Below are positions 17,737-28,302 of a stretch of DNA of 64,000 nt, one piece after another. The position numbers were made by a program, and so were the translations under genes. The stretch comes from SAR86 cluster bacterium (lineage in GTDB: Bacteria > Pseudomonadota > Gammaproteobacteria > Magnimaribacterales > TMED112): NCBI GenBank assembly GCA_023703555.1, contig CP097968.1, positions 653,451 through 717,450 of the forward strand, in the 5' to 3' direction. Under the pieces are notes generated by a model, which worked only from the letters and a program-made list of their open reading frames with translations, was not told where the DNA came from and made no database searches. The first letter of the stretch is position 1. Each line of letters opens with the position of its first letter.

Positions 17737-18834
17737 ATGAATTCATTACATAAAATTTATCTCTTATCACTCTTTTGCGTTTCATTTCTTATGTCCGCAG
17801 GGGTTGAAAGGTTGAGCGTACCTGAAGGTTTCGAAATTGAGGTGTTTGCAGAAAATATCGAAAACCCAAGACAAATGGCTAGAGGTGAAAAATTCCTTTT
17901 TGTGGGAAGTAGAGCAGCCGGTAAGATTCATGCAGTTGATTTGGCGGATCCTAGCAAGGTATCAATATTATTTGAGAACCTTAGTATGCCAACAGGGGTT
18001 ACTATGCACGATGAAGATTTATATATAGCTGAAGTTAATACAATTAAAGTTGTAAGAGATATAGAAAAATTAATTGATACAAAGGAGAGCCTTAATCTAG
18101 AAACATTTTTCGACGCAATGCCAAGAAAAAAATACAACACTATGAAACAAAATTGGCATGGTTGGAAATGGCTTGCAGTTGGACCAAATGGAGCACTTTA
18201 CTTCAACGAAGGCGCGCCATGCAATACATGCGTTGAGGCAGATCAAAGAGTATCAACAATTCTGAGACTTGAGGACAACGAATTATCAGTTTACGCTCGT
18301 GGCGTCAGAAATAGCGTAGGTTTTGACTGGCATCCTGAAACAGGTCAAATGTATTTTACAGATAATGGCCGAGATATGCTGGGTGATGACATCCCCCCTT
18401 GTGAATTGAATCGTGTGAGTTTTGCTGGAGAGCATTTTGGATTTCCGTTTATACATGGAACTGATGTAGAGGATCCAGGTTTTAAGGCAACAGAAAATTT
18501 CAACTTTACACCTCCAGCCTGGGAATTTGGAGCACATACGGCGCCACTAGGTATTGAATTTTACAGCCACTCGCAATTTCCAGAAACATATCACGGAGGC
18601 TTGTTTGTTGTACAAAGAGGTTCTTGGAATAGATCATCAAAAGTTGGTTATAAAGTACTGTACTTAACACTTGATGCTGGAGAAATTATAAATTCTGAAG
18701 TTTTTGTCGAGGGTTGGCTTGAAGGTGAAGAGAGTTGGGGTAGACCTGCCGCACCACATATCCTAGATGATGGATCGCTATTGATTTCCGATGATACCTC
18801 CAATCAAATCTTCCGAGTTTCTTATAAAGGTTAA
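17737..18834 (+). CDS. PQQ-dependent sugar dehydrogenase / sorbosone dehydrogenase family (beta-propeller)
   Basis: 365 aa with a signal peptide. NSVGFDWHPETGQMYFTDNGRDMLGDDIPPCELN and HFGFPFIHG blocks are typical of soluble aldose/sorbosone dehydrogenases. Confidence 0.82.
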   Translation: MNSLHKIYLLSLFCVSFLMSAGVERLSVPEGFEIEVFAENIENPRQMARGEKFLFVGSRAAGKIHAVDLADPSKVSILFENLSMPTGVTMHDEDLYIAEVNTIKVVRDIEKLIDTKESLNLETFFDAMPRKKYNTMKQNWHGWKWLAVGPNGALYFNEGAPCNTCVEADQRVSTILRLEDNELSVYARGVRNSVGFDWHPETGQMYFTDNGRDMLGDDIPPCELNRVSFAGEHFGFPFIHGTDVEDPGFKATENFNFTPPAWEFGAHTAPLGIEFYSHSQFPETYHGGLFVVQRGSWNRSSKVGYKVLYLTLDAGEIINSEVFVEGWLEGEESWGRPAAPHILDDGSLLISDDTSNQIFRVSYKG

Positions 18835-19916
18835 TCTAAAACCTCAATTTCTTTAGAACCAACAGGAAGAATAATTTTTGTGCCATCATTGGACGAAATC
18901 CAATTAGTAAAATAATTATCAACACCTCTAAAGAAGATTTTTTCCATAATTGGTTTTATTGGCTCTGAGGGGGAAGGCACTAAATGATAATAAACTAACA
19001 GACCAGCGCCACTATCTCTGGCTGCAATAGCGGCATCAATTGGTGAGGCATGATAATCTTGAATGTCGATAAAAACAGGCGCACCAAGCTTTGCCATCTG
19101 AATGCCATATTCATCATATATGTCTTTAGAGTTCTCACTAATTAAAGAAGTCATCTCCTTTGAAAGAGCCTCGTGAAACATGACATCTACTCCTTTAGAA
19201 TAAGAGATAAGGTTCTCACTTAAAAGTGTATCTCCACTAATAACTATTGACCTATCTTTATAATTGATTCTGTACCCAAACGCAGGATCAACAGGCTCAT
19301 GATCGACTCTGAATGCAGAAACAGTTAAATCTTTCTCACTAAATATTTCTCCCTCTCTAGTTTCCTTTGTAATGAAGCCCACAGAGTTTGGGGGCGCCAA
19401 ATCCACACCATGATGTGCAATTCTATATTCCTGATCAAATTTAAATGCCATTTCAAAGCCAGCAGCGACTTGTTGAATTCCCTCTGGGCCAAATAATTTT
19501 ACTTTCTCAACTCTATCTCGCCCTATCCAGGATACGAGTCTTAAGTCACCGAGATCAGCAAAATGATCTGAGTGTAAATGCGTTATAAAGACAGCTTTTA
19601 ACCTTTCTAGTGGCACTCCCCAATTTATTAAATTAGTCACACTTCCATCGCCGATATCAAATATATACATATCATTGGGGGTCTGCACTAGTAAGCATGA
19701 TTGAGCTCTTCCTGGTGTGGCAACAGGTGATCCCGAACCGCAAACAGTAACCTGCAAGGCATCCTCTTCAAGATCCCATTCAAGTGCAGAAAGTAACCTA
19801 TATTTGCTGAGGTTTTCAAAAATTTTGTCTTGAAAAAAGGGTATTTGTAGAACAAGGGCACTCAAGCTTAAAACTACAAATATAGTTATAAAAGAGTATA
19901 AAAAGAATTTCTTCAT
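18831..19916 (-). CDS. MBL-fold metallo-hydrolase (RNase Z/AtsA-like), membrane-anchored or secreted
   Basis: 361 aa with an N-terminal hydrophobic segment. It has the HxHxDH motif (THLHSDHF) and a later SGDT and HE. Confidence 0.8.
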   Translation of the reverse strand: MKKFFLYSFITIFVVLSLSALVLQIPFFQDKIFENLSKYRLLSALEWDLEEDALQVTVCGSGSPVATPGRAQSCLLVQTPNDMYIFDIGDGSVTNLINWGVPLERLKAVFITHLHSDHFADLGDLRLVSWIGRDRVEKVKLFGPEGIQQVAAGFEMAFKFDQEYRIAHHGVDLAPPNSVGFITKETREGEIFSEKDLTVSAFRVDHEPVDPAFGYRINYKDRSIVISGDTLLSENLISYSKGVDVMFHEALSKEMTSLISENSKDIYDEYGIQMAKLGAPVFIDIQDYHASPIDAAIAARDSGAGLLVYYHLVPSPSEPIKPIMEKIFFRGVDNYFTNWISSNDGTKIILPVGSKEIEVLD

Positions 19917-20368
19917 TTACTTTTCATTAAAGATAATACAAAGAATATTAATAACAATAAAGCTACATATGGAGCCATAACCACTCCAGGAGTTACCCCA
20001 TCTTGGTAAACAGGGTCAAGAGGATGCAAGGCTCCAACGACAAAAAGTCGCAATGTCCACTCTAATAACCAAATAATGTACATAAAAGAAATCAAGCTTT
20101 TATATCTAAATATTACTATCCATGTAATTAAACAACATAAAATTTGCATAAGACCCCACATTGAACCCAAAGCATAAATAACTTTATTTGGGTCTGGGCT
20201 TCCTTCAAATAAAATAATATTTGCAATTGAATTCAGGCCTGCGTCCTCCGCCAAAAGATGAATAAAACTTCTAGTAGTATTGATTACCATAAAAAATATA
20301 AAAAAATAATATGCAGACTTTTTGCCTAAATAAATATTATTTGCTGCTTTTGGGAGTATTGGATTCAT
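19913..20368 (-). CDS. Hypothetical 4-TM membrane protein
   Basis: 151 aa, strongly hydrophobic, with ATGA-type 4-nt overlaps at both ends. I recognise no family. Confidence 0.6.
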   Translation of the reverse strand: MNPILPKAANNIYLGKKSAYYFFIFFMVINTTRSFIHLLAEDAGLNSIANIILFEGSPDPNKVIYALGSMWGLMQILCCLITWIVIFRYKSLISFMYIIWLLEWTLRLFVVGALHPLDPVYQDGVTPGVVMAPYVALLLLIFFVLSLMKSK

Positions 20369-20784
20369 TCAAAGAGCTTTTGGCTAGACCCCAGCTCAAT
20401 ATTTAATTGTCCTTCAAGACCGGCGGCTCTATGCTCATGACTTTTCATATAATCGGGGTCTGTGATCATTTTAAGCATTGCTTTTTTACTTGGGTACATT
20501 GCTATAGCAGCAGAATCCCAAAGCTCGTCAATTTCACCTATCATCAGCCTAGATACATCTCCAGCAAATACTAACTTGCCTCCGACTTTTTCTAAGTGTT
20601 TAATAACCTCTTTGCCATATATGGCGTAAGCCTCTTTACCAGACATCGATGTATGACGCCCATCTGTATAGATAGCCTTATCTTTATATTTAAGTAAATT
20701 CAGCATGAAAATAGGCTCAGGGCCAGGATCATTGAAGCCTAAGATTTGCTCTTCAGTGGGATCAAGCTTATTTTTAAATTTCAT
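20365..20784 (-). CDS. DUF1330-domain protein (dimeric alpha/beta-barrel superfamily)
   Basis: 139 aa. The [12 protein letters not shown]...YG...GG...F...W...A..YPS pattern is as I recall for DUF1330. Start overlaps the acyl-CoA dehydrogenase stop as ATGA. Confidence 0.65.
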   Translation of the reverse strand: MKFKNKLDPTEEQILGFNDPGPEPIFMLNLLKYKDKAIYTDGRHTSMSGKEAYAIYGKEVIKHLEKVGGKLVFAGDVSRLMIGEIDELWDSAAIAMYPSKKAMLKMITDPDYMKSHEHRAAGLEGQLNIELGSSQKLFE

Positions 20785-22001
20785 GATTTGCCATTTTCAA
20801 AAAATTTTGCAAGCTCAAGGCGAGCAACAGATCTTCTATGAACTTCATCGGGACCGTCTGCCAACCGCAGTGTGCGCAAATGAGCATACATACTTGCTAG
20901 TGGAAAATCTTGACTTACTCCAGCACCACCATGCATTTGAATAGCCCTATCAATTACATTGCAAGCCATAATTGGAGCAACTACTTTTATTTGAGCAATA
21001 TCACTTGCTGCTACTTTATTGCCATATTTGTCCATTTTCCATGCAGCATTAAGGGTCAGTAAACGAGCTTGATTAATTTCCATTCTTGAATCTGCAATAA
21101 CATCAAAGTTTCCGCCAAGGCGCGCTAGTTCCTTGCCAAAAGCTGTCCTTGTCATTGCTCTTTTACACATCAACTCAAAAGCAACTTCTGCTGCTCCAAT
21201 GGATCTCATGCAATGGTGTATTCTCCCAGGTCCAAGTCTTCCCTGTGCAATTTCAAATCCCCTTCCTTCTCCTAGAATAATATTTTCATAAGGAACTTTG
21301 ACATTATTGAATTTAATATGTGCATGGCCATGAGGTGCATCATCATACCCAAAAACATGCATCATTCTTTTTACTTCAACTCCCGGTGTATCCATCGGTA
21401 CTAGAATCATTGAATGACGTTGATGTCTGGCATTATCTGGATTTGTCACACACATAAAAATAATGATTTTGCATCGTGGATCTCCTGCTCCAGAAGTCCA
21501 CCACTTCTCACCATTAATGACCCATTCACCTTTTTTGTGTACAGCAGTTGCCTGCATGTTTGTTGCATCTGAAGATGCTACGTCTGGTTCAGTCATGCCA
21601 AAGGCTGAACGAATCTCTCCTTGCAAAAGTGGCTTGAGCCATTCGTCTTTTTGTTGATCTGATCCATAGCGTACAAGAACCTCCATATTTCCTGTATCTG
21701 GTGCGCTGCAATTCATCGCTTCAGATGCAAAGTTAGTACGTCCTAATTCTTCTGCAAGATAAGCGTATTCCAAATTTGTTAAGCCAGCGCCTAGCTCACT
21801 ATCCGGCAAAAAAAGATTCCACAGGTCATTTTCTTGCGCTTTTTTCTTCAAAATTTCAATTTCTGAATGTGGCTTCCATCTTTCATTTTCAGGTATTTCT
21901 TTGGTTAATATATTTTTTTCTACAGGCATGACATGATCCTGTATGAATGCTTTGACCCTCGGAAGATAAAAGTCTACCTTTTCACTAGTTTCAAACTGCA
22001 T
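20781..22001 (-). CDS. Acyl-CoA dehydrogenase family protein (ACAD10/11 / FadE2-like)
   Basis: 406 aa. It has [30 protein letters not shown] and [15 protein letters not shown] blocks, ending in [10 protein letters not shown]. Confidence 0.9.
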   Translation of the reverse strand: MQFETSEKVDFYLPRVKAFIQDHVMPVEKNILTKEIPENERWKPHSEIEILKKKAQENDLWNLFLPDSELGAGLTNLEYAYLAEELGRTNFASEAMNCSAPDTGNMEVLVRYGSDQQKDEWLKPLLQGEIRSAFGMTEPDVASSDATNMQATAVHKKGEWVINGEKWWTSGAGDPRCKIIIFMCVTNPDNARHQRHSMILVPMDTPGVEVKRMMHVFGYDDAPHGHAHIKFNNVKVPYENIILGEGRGFEIAQGRLGPGRIHHCMRSIGAAEVAFELMCKRAMTRTAFGKELARLGGNFDVIADSRMEINQARLLTLNAAWKMDKYGNKVAASDIAQIKVVAPIMACNVIDRAIQMHGGAGVSQDFPLASMYAHLRTLRLADGPDEVHRRSVARLELAKFFENGKS

Positions 22002-22032
22002 AATTCATTATTCAAAAAAATTCTACAATACT

Positions 22033-22047
22033 ATAAATGTCATTTAT
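22033..22047. promoter_or_regulatory. Perfect palindrome / LysR-type T-N11-A box
   Basis: ATAAATG-T-CATTTAT is a perfect 7-bp inverted repeat containing T-N11-A. It sits in the 84-bp divergent region, 32 nt from the ACAD ATG and 39 nt from the LysR ATG. Confidence 0.55.
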
Positions 22048-22085
22048 AATATGCATTTAAATTCGAGTACAATTATAAATCATTT

Positions 22086-22991
22086 ATGAAGCTAAATAAT
22101 CTGGATTTAAACCTTTTAGTTGTTTTTAATGCTATCTATACTGAAGGCAGCCTTACTAAAGCTGGTGAGATAGTTGGAATAACACAACCAGCAGTTAGTA
22201 GTGCATTATCAAAATTACGCAGTTACTTTGATGACCCCCTTTTTATTAGGGTTGGGCAAGGTGTGAAGCCAACAGCAAAAACAGAAAATATAATTGTTCA
22301 TGTTCAAGATGCTTTAGCAATATTACAACGCAGTCTTGAACAGCCCGACTCTTTTGACCCCTCAGTTTCCAGCAGAACTTTTAGACTATCCCTTAATGAC
22401 ATTTCTGAGGGCAGGATATTACATATACTTATGACCAAAATCCACAAGGTTGCTCCAAATGTTAAAATTTCAAGTTACTACACATCTAGAGAATCAATCC
22501 AACATGCGCTTGCTGCAAATGAAGTGAATTTTGCGGTTGATCCTTTCCCGCCATCTGAATCAGAAATTAAGAAAGAGCTCATTTTCGAAGATGAATTTGT
22601 ATGTGGGTTTAGAAAAGATCATCCTCTGGCAAAAGAAAAAAATCTTAGTATCGAACAGTACTTGGAGCTTGACCACATACATATATCTGGCCGAAGAACC
22701 GGAGGTGCCTTAGTTGATAATGCTCTTTCAAAACTACAGCTTGATAGAAAAGTAATTCTACGTGCTCAACACTACCTTATAACACCAGAAGTTTTAAAAA
22801 ATACAGATATGGTCCTAACTTGTACAACTGCATTTGCCAAGAAGCATAATCTTAGCTACAAAACATTACCATTCGAAGTTGCTCCATCACAATTTTTCCT
22901 AGCATGGCATGAATCGAATGATAAAGATCCAGGCCATATATGGCTGAAAAAACTTATCAAAGATGCTTTTACCGAAGCCAAGCTGAAATAA
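22086..22991 (+). CDS. LysR-family transcriptional regulator
   Basis: 301 aa. It has the N-terminal wHTH LNLLVVFNAIYTEGSLTKAGEIVGITQPAVSSALSKLR and a C-terminal substrate-binding domain. Confidence 0.92.
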   Translation: MKLNNLDLNLLVVFNAIYTEGSLTKAGEIVGITQPAVSSALSKLRSYFDDPLFIRVGQGVKPTAKTENIIVHVQDALAILQRSLEQPDSFDPSVSSRTFRLSLNDISEGRILHILMTKIHKVAPNVKISSYYTSRESIQHALAANEVNFAVDPFPPSESEIKKELIFEDEFVCGFRKDHPLAKEKNLSIEQYLELDHIHISGRRTGGALVDNALSKLQLDRKVILRAQHYLITPEVLKNTDMVLTCTTAFAKKHNLSYKTLPFEVAPSQFFLAWHESNDKDPGHIWLKKLIKDAFTEAKLK

Positions 22992-23044
22992 GAAATCTCT
23001 GGGGTACATTTTTAGCATTATAGAAGCTAAAATATCCCTCATAA

Positions 23045-26000
23045 ATGGGCACTCATAATAAAATAAATTCTTTTAAATACGCTTCTGAAGAAACACTTGT
23101 TGAGAATATTATTTCAAATAATTCCTGGATAAATTCTCCAGAAATCTCTGAAAAAGCCAGTGAAATTGTTCAGCTTTGTCGTTCTGATAGAAGCAAAACA
23201 CGTCTAGATAACTTTTTTTTAGAATACGGTCTGACAAATCAAGAGGGTGTTGCTTTAATGTGCTTAGCTGAGTCACTGCTGAGAATCCCAGATGATCATA
23301 CTTGTGATGAAATCATTAACGAGAAGGTTGGGGGTAAAAAATGGTTATCACACTTAAATAATTCACCATCGATTTTTGTGAATGCAACCACTTTTGGTTT
23401 GTTTATTGCAGAGCAAGTTGTGGAACTAGATACGAAGATTAGTACTAATCCAGTTACATGGTTAAAGAACGTGACTTCACGAATTGGTGATCCGGTATTG
23501 CGAGAGGCTGTGAAAAAAGGAATGGATATTTTAAGTGAGGAATTTGTCTCTGGGGTAACTATCTCTCAAGCTCTAGAAAAGTTTAGTACTTCAAATACGC
23601 CATGTTCATTTGATATGCTAGGAGAGGCCGCACGCACACAATCAGACGTTAATTTTTTCTTTAACTGTTACGAGGATGCAATTAGGAGAGTAGGTGAAAA
23701 AAATGCTCAGCTCTCGTCGTCATTCCATGAAATTTCAATAAAGCTATCTGCAATTCATCCACGGTATGAACCTCTTAAGGAAAAAAGGGTAATGACGGAG
23801 CTATATGAGAGGGTATTTGAACTCGCTCAACAAGCCGCTAAGCAAGAAATTGCTTTAACTATTGATGCTGAAGAACAAGATAGGCTTGAGCTCAGTTTGA
23901 TGTTGGTGGAGAAATTATCCAAGGAAAAAAATATTTCTGACTGGAGTGGATTGGGGTTAGCAGTTCAAGCGTATGGTAAACGTGCACCTGAAGTGATTAC
24001 ATTTTCGGACTCTCTAGCGAAAAAAAGAAATGGTCTAATGGTTAGGCTTGTTAAGGGAGCTTATTGGGATCAAGAAATTAAGATTCATCAGAATAAAGGG
24101 GCTCCTGATCTTCCTGTATTCTCATCAAAATCTTTTACCGATCTTAATTATCTGCATACAGCCAAGCTTATTTCCCAAACAAAAAATCTAAGACCTTATT
24201 TTGCAACACACAATGCCCACACTATCGCTGGAATTATGGCCTTATATGAAAACAGAGAAGATGAATTTGAATTTCAAAGAATCTTTGGAATGGGAGATAT
24301 AACTTATAAAAATGCAAAAAATATGTACACAAAATTTCCAGTTACCAGAATATATGCCCCAGTAGGATCTAAGAAAGAACTTCTTCCGTATTTAGTTAGA
24401 CGATTACTTGAGAACGGAGCAAATAGTTCGTTTGTGAACAAATATCTCGATAAACAGATACCCATAAGCGAAGTTATTGAGAATCCAATAGATGTTGCGT
24501 CAAGAAATCTTGATGAAAAAGAGTACCTTGAGCATGTCAAAAGGCCTTTAAATGTATTTTCAGATAGAAAGAATTCTAAAGGCTATGATTTGGCAGATCA
24601 AAAGAAAATTTCAGAGTTAGCCAGTGAAACATCGAAGTATTTGTCGCATACATTTAAAGCCACAAGCATAATTGACGGGGTATCAGCTCAAGATACTCAA
24701 ACAGTGAATATCACTTCTCCAGCTACACAGACTAATATTGGAAAAGTAAGTTTTGCAGGGGCCAATGAGCTAAATTCAATTAAAAACCTTGAGCCTTGCA
24801 AGGAGTGGAAGATTCTTGATATAAAGAAAAAAATTGAGATATTTAATAATGCTGTTCAATTGATTGAGCAGAACAAATTTAAATTTTTTTATTTACTTGG
24901 TAGTGAAGCTGGTAAAACTTTTAAGGATGCAGATGCAGAAATTAGAGAAGCTGTCGATTTTATACTCTATTATTCTAGCAAGGCCAAGCAATTAAATATC
25001 CCACAAATCCTTGAGGGCCCTACAGGCGAGAAAAATTTTCTAGAATACTCTTCAAAAGGTATATTTTTATGTATCAGTCCTTGGAACTTTCCTTTAGCAA
25101 TTTTGGTCGGGCAAGTTGCAGCAGCTTTACTTACTGGCAATACCGTTGTTTGTAAACCAGCTGAAGATACTTCTTTAATAGCAGCTGAGATAATTAAACT
25201 CTTGCATCAAGCAGGTGTCCCAGAATCTGCTCTGCATTTGTTCGTTGCAAAAAAAGACGTAAGCGATGAGGCAACAAAATTTCAGAATATTGATGGAATT
25301 GCTTTTACGGGATCTGGAGCAACTGCAAGACAAATAAATCTAAATTTAGCCACAAAACACAACGCTCTTAAAACACTAATTGCAGAAACTGGTGGGCAGA
25401 ATGTTATGTTTGTTGATTCGTCATCACTCAAAGAACAAGTTATAGACGATATTTTAAAATCTTCTTTTTATAGTTCTGGGCAAAGGTGCAGTGCTTTACG
25501 TGTGGTATATGTTCAGGAGGAGATCTTTGAAGATTACTGGCAGTATTTATCAGAAGCAATCCAAGAGTTGGAGCTTGGTAATCCTTTAAAGCCAGAAACA
25601 GATCTTGGACCAATAATCAATAAAACCTCTTTGAATAAACTAACATCCCATAAGGAAAAACTAATCAAGTCTGGTAAAGAGTTTATAGAATTAAAAAATA
25701 CCATTCCGAATAAAGGGTACTTTTTTAATCCGATTGCCTTTAAAGTCAATTCCATAAAAGATATTGATGGTGAAAAATTCGGTCCCATCCTGCATTTCAT
25801 TAAATATAAGGCTGAAGAGCTTGAAAGTATTCTAGAAGAAGTAAATGGTACTGGTTATGGGCTAACAATGGGAATGCATTCTAGGATATCTGGAAAAGCC
25901 CGACAAGTTTTTGAAAATGCAAATATAGGTAACTTTTATTTGAATAGAGATATAGTTGGTGCAGTTGTTGGCGTCCAGCCCTTTGGTGGTCAAGGCTTAA

Positions 26001-26122
26001 GTGGCACTGGCCCAAAAGCAGGTGGTCCAAATTATCTTCATAGTTTTGTAAACGAAAAAACATTTACTGACAACGTTATGGCAACAGGTGGTAATATAGA
26101 TCTTTTAAATAAAAATAATTAG
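23045..26122 (+). CDS. putA: Bifunctional proline dehydrogenase / L-glutamate-gamma-semialdehyde dehydrogenase (no RHH DNA-binding domain)
   Basis: 1025 aa. The PRODH barrel blocks are SFDMLGEAA, SIKLSA, VRLVKGAYWD and RRLLENGANSSFV. The ALDH half has FTGS, ETGGQN and a QRCSA catalytic Cys. Confidence 0.93.
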   Translation: MGTHNKINSFKYASEETLVENIISNNSWINSPEISEKASEIVQLCRSDRSKTRLDNFFLEYGLTNQEGVALMCLAESLLRIPDDHTCDEIINEKVGGKKWLSHLNNSPSIFVNATTFGLFIAEQVVELDTKISTNPVTWLKNVTSRIGDPVLREAVKKGMDILSEEFVSGVTISQALEKFSTSNTPCSFDMLGEAARTQSDVNFFFNCYEDAIRRVGEKNAQLSSSFHEISIKLSAIHPRYEPLKEKRVMTELYERVFELAQQAAKQEIALTIDAEEQDRLELSLMLVEKLSKEKNISDWSGLGLAVQAYGKRAPEVITFSDSLAKKRNGLMVRLVKGAYWDQEIKIHQNKGAPDLPVFSSKSFTDLNYLHTAKLISQTKNLRPYFATHNAHTIAGIMALYENREDEFEFQRIFGMGDITYKNAKNMYTKFPVTRIYAPVGSKKELLPYLVRRLLENGANSSFVNKYLDKQIPISEVIENPIDVASRNLDEKEYLEHVKRPLNVFSDRKNSKGYDLADQKKISELASETSKYLSHTFKATSIIDGVSAQDTQTVNITSPATQTNIGKVSFAGANELNSIKNLEPCKEWKILDIKKKIEIFNNAVQLIEQNKFKFFYLLGSEAGKTFKDADAEIREAVDFILYYSSKAKQLNIPQILEGPTGEKNFLEYSSKGIFLCISPWNFPLAILVGQVAAALLTGNTVVCKPAEDTSLIAAEIIKLLHQAGVPESALHLFVAKKDVSDEATKFQNIDGIAFTGSGATARQINLNLATKHNALKTLIAETGGQNVMFVDSSSLKEQVIDDILKSSFYSSGQRCSALRVVYVQEEIFEDYWQYLSEAIQELELGNPLKPETDLGPIINKTSLNKLTSHKEKLIKSGKEFIELKNTIPNKGYFFNPIAFKVNSIKDIDGEKFGPILHFIKYKAEELESILEEVNGTGYGLTMGMHSRISGKARQVFENANIGNFYLNRDIVGAVVGVQPFGGQGLSGTGPKAGGPNYLHSFVNEKTFTDNVMATGGNIDLLNKNN

Positions 26123-26124
26123 TT

Positions 26125-26511
26125 ATGGTAAATAAGCTTTTTCTTTTTATAACTGCCTTGGTCTATGGTTACCTTGGTTCTTGGGCACTATTTTTCCCTG
26201 AATCTTTTTCAGAACAAGTAGGCCTTACGATAAATACTGATGTTGGTTCTGGAGAAATTAGATCTGTTTATGGAGGAATAAATCTATTGGTTGGGCTGTA
26301 CTCGTTACTGGCAATTGTTAAGAGCAAGAATGAAGAGCTGTTCTTTAAAATCTTACTATTCTTAATTAGTGGGATTTTGCTTGGTAGAATTGTAACTGCA
26401 TTTTTTGGTGAATTTTCTTCTATTTTTTTGCTGTACTTTACAATTTTTGAAATTATTTATCTTGTATTCTTATTGATTGCTCTTAGAAAATTTCAACGGA
26501 AAATATTCTGA
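26125..26511 (+). CDS. Small 4-TM membrane protein (possibly DUF4345)
   Basis: 128 aa, hydrophobic, starting 2 nt after the putA stop. The family guess is from memory only. Confidence 0.55.
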   Translation: MVNKLFLFITALVYGYLGSWALFFPESFSEQVGLTINTDVGSGEIRSVYGGINLLVGLYSLLAIVKSKNEELFFKILLFLISGILLGRIVTAFFGEFSSIFLLYFTIFEIIYLVFLLIALRKFQRKIF

Positions 26512-26768
26512 TGCCTGACGGAATACTTTTTGGACTTATTGATAACGGTATTCTAGCTTTCACAACAATCTTGGGTATAGATATTGATAAGTACTTTAAA
26601 GGATCAGGAATTCATGGTGCGATTTATGGAGCATTAATTGGCAATACTCTTTCAGATTTTGTAGGTGCTCTGCTTGATTTTCCTCTAGCTACAGCAGTAA
26701 ACATTACTTTTGGATGTCTTGCAGTTATACCTGCGGTATGGCTCTTTCTGCAGATCAAGAAGAAGTAG
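26511..26768 (+). CDS. Small hypothetical membrane protein (85 aa)
   Basis: The ATG overlaps the upstream TGA by 1 nt. It has two or three hydrophobic Gly-rich segments. I recognise no family. Confidence 0.5.
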   Translation: MPDGILFGLIDNGILAFTTILGIDIDKYFKGSGIHGAIYGALIGNTLSDFVGALLDFPLATAVNITFGCLAVIPAVWLFLQIKKK

Positions 26769-27177
26769 ATTTGTAAGTTTCCAATAATTCTTTCAAATGT
26801 TGAAAATTGTACCCACTATGATCGGTAATCTTCAAGACTTCATCTACTTCTAAATCCTTTGTTTTTGCAAAAGCCCATAGCATTGTAGATCTAGTACCAG
26901 TTCTACAATATGCTAAAGTTTTTTTGGCAGTCTTTAAAACTTTTTCAGTTTCCATAATTACTTCCAGATTAAAATCTCCAGGTGAGATAGGTAGGTGCAA
27001 AAATTCTATGCCATTGGCCAAACACTCACTTTTGATCACTTCCGCTGAGGGTTGATCCTGCACCTCATTATCAGGTCGATTACACAGCACATATTCAAAT
27101 TTTTCCTGTTTAAGCTGTGCAATATCTTTCGCTTGTATTTGATGTGCTGCATAAAAATTTTTGTAAATTCTTTTCAT
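26755..27177 (-). CDS. TIGR01244/DUF442-type sulfurtransferase-phosphatase fold protein
   Basis: 140 aa. VLCNRPDNE..QP is followed by the CX5R-type loop YCRTGTRS, as in the Blh N-terminal/DUF442 family. Confidence 0.7.
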   Translation of the reverse strand: MKRIYKNFYAAHQIQAKDIAQLKQEKFEYVLCNRPDNEVQDQPSAEVIKSECLANGIEFLHLPISPGDFNLEVIMETEKVLKTAKKTLAYCRTGTRSTMLWAFAKTKDLEVDEVLKITDHSGYNFQHLKELLETYKSTSS

Positions 27178-27180
27178 TGA

Positions 27181-28299
27181 TTAATTAGTGACTTTTAAAG
27201 CAAAATCTGCGATGTCTTTAGCTAAAATTTCAGGCGTCTCCATTGCTGCAAAGTGCCCTCCTTTCGCCCTTGTCCAATGCACAAGATTATATATTTTTTC
27301 TGCCCATGCTTTTGGAGGCCTGGCAATCTCATAATCAAATAAAATGCCTCCAGTGGGACAGTTTATGTAATTTTTTGAGAATCCAAGATTATTGTTTTCG
27401 TAATAAAGGCGCGTGGAAGACGTTATGCACTGCGTAAACCAATATAGAGAAATTATTGCAAGAGCCTCATCTTTATCGATTACTAAATTATCCTCGTTAT
27501 TACTTGACCAAGCATGGAACTTCTCCACAATCCAACCAGCTAGTCCAACTGGAGAATCATTTAAACCGTAACCAAGAGTTTGTGGTTTAGTGCTTTGTAT
27601 CGCCGCATAACCATGCCCCAAAGTTTGCCATTTTCTATAGTTTTCCAGTCCTTGTAACTCGTCTTTTGTTAAACCCTTCATGGCATTTTCAGCTGGTGGA
27701 AAAGCCAATACAAGATTCAAATGCAATCCTATGCAGTTATTTGGAAACAACTCAGCTATCCATTTACTAACTGTTGCCCCCCAATCGCCACCTTGTGCAA
27801 TATATTTGTTATAACCCAATTCAATCATGAGCTCATTTTCTATCTTTGCAATCTCTTGCGAATCCATGCCAAAGCTTGTAGGTTTATCAGAAAAGCCATA
27901 ACCTGGCATTGCTGGGCATACAACATCGAAACATATTCCATTAAGACCCTTATTGAGGATTGGTATAACTTTGAGGAACTCTTGAACACTTCCTGGCCAG
28001 CCATGCGTCATTAGTATAGGAATAGCATTTTTATCTTCAGACTTCTTATGCAAAAAGTGGATATTTAAACCTTTAGAGGATTTGAAAACAGAACTACCTG
28101 TTTTATTAAGCTTCTCCTCGTGTATACGCCAATCAAAGTCTTCAGCCCAATAATGTGTAAACTCTTTTAGAAACTCAAGCTTCGTGCCTAAAAGCCAATT
28201 ACTGTCATTAACTTCATCAGGCCAACGAGTTTGTTTAATCCTTTTTTTTAAATCATCAATCTCTGAATCAGGAATCTTTATTGGGAAATCAGAAATCAT
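27181..28299 (-). CDS. Epoxide hydrolase (alpha/beta hydrolase with EHN N-terminal domain)
   Basis: 372 aa. It has the N-terminal F.I.IPDSEIDDLK.RI..TRWPD, the THGWPGS oxyanion motif, the GGDWG nucleophile elbow and a C-terminal GGHFAAME. Confidence 0.88.
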   Translation of the reverse strand: MISDFPIKIPDSEIDDLKKRIKQTRWPDEVNDSNWLLGTKLEFLKEFTHYWAEDFDWRIHEEKLNKTGSSVFKSSKGLNIHFLHKKSEDKNAIPILMTHGWPGSVQEFLKVIPILNKGLNGICFDVVCPAMPGYGFSDKPTSFGMDSQEIAKIENELMIELGYNKYIAQGGDWGATVSKWIAELFPNNCIGLHLNLVLAFPPAENAMKGLTKDELQGLENYRKWQTLGHGYAAIQSTKPQTLGYGLNDSPVGLAGWIVEKFHAWSSNNEDNLVIDKDEALAIISLYWFTQCITSSTRLYYENNNLGFSKNYINCPTGGILFDYEIARPPKAWAEKIYNLVHWTRAKGGHFAAMETPEILAKDIADFALKVTN

Positions 28300-28302
28300 A
28301 TC

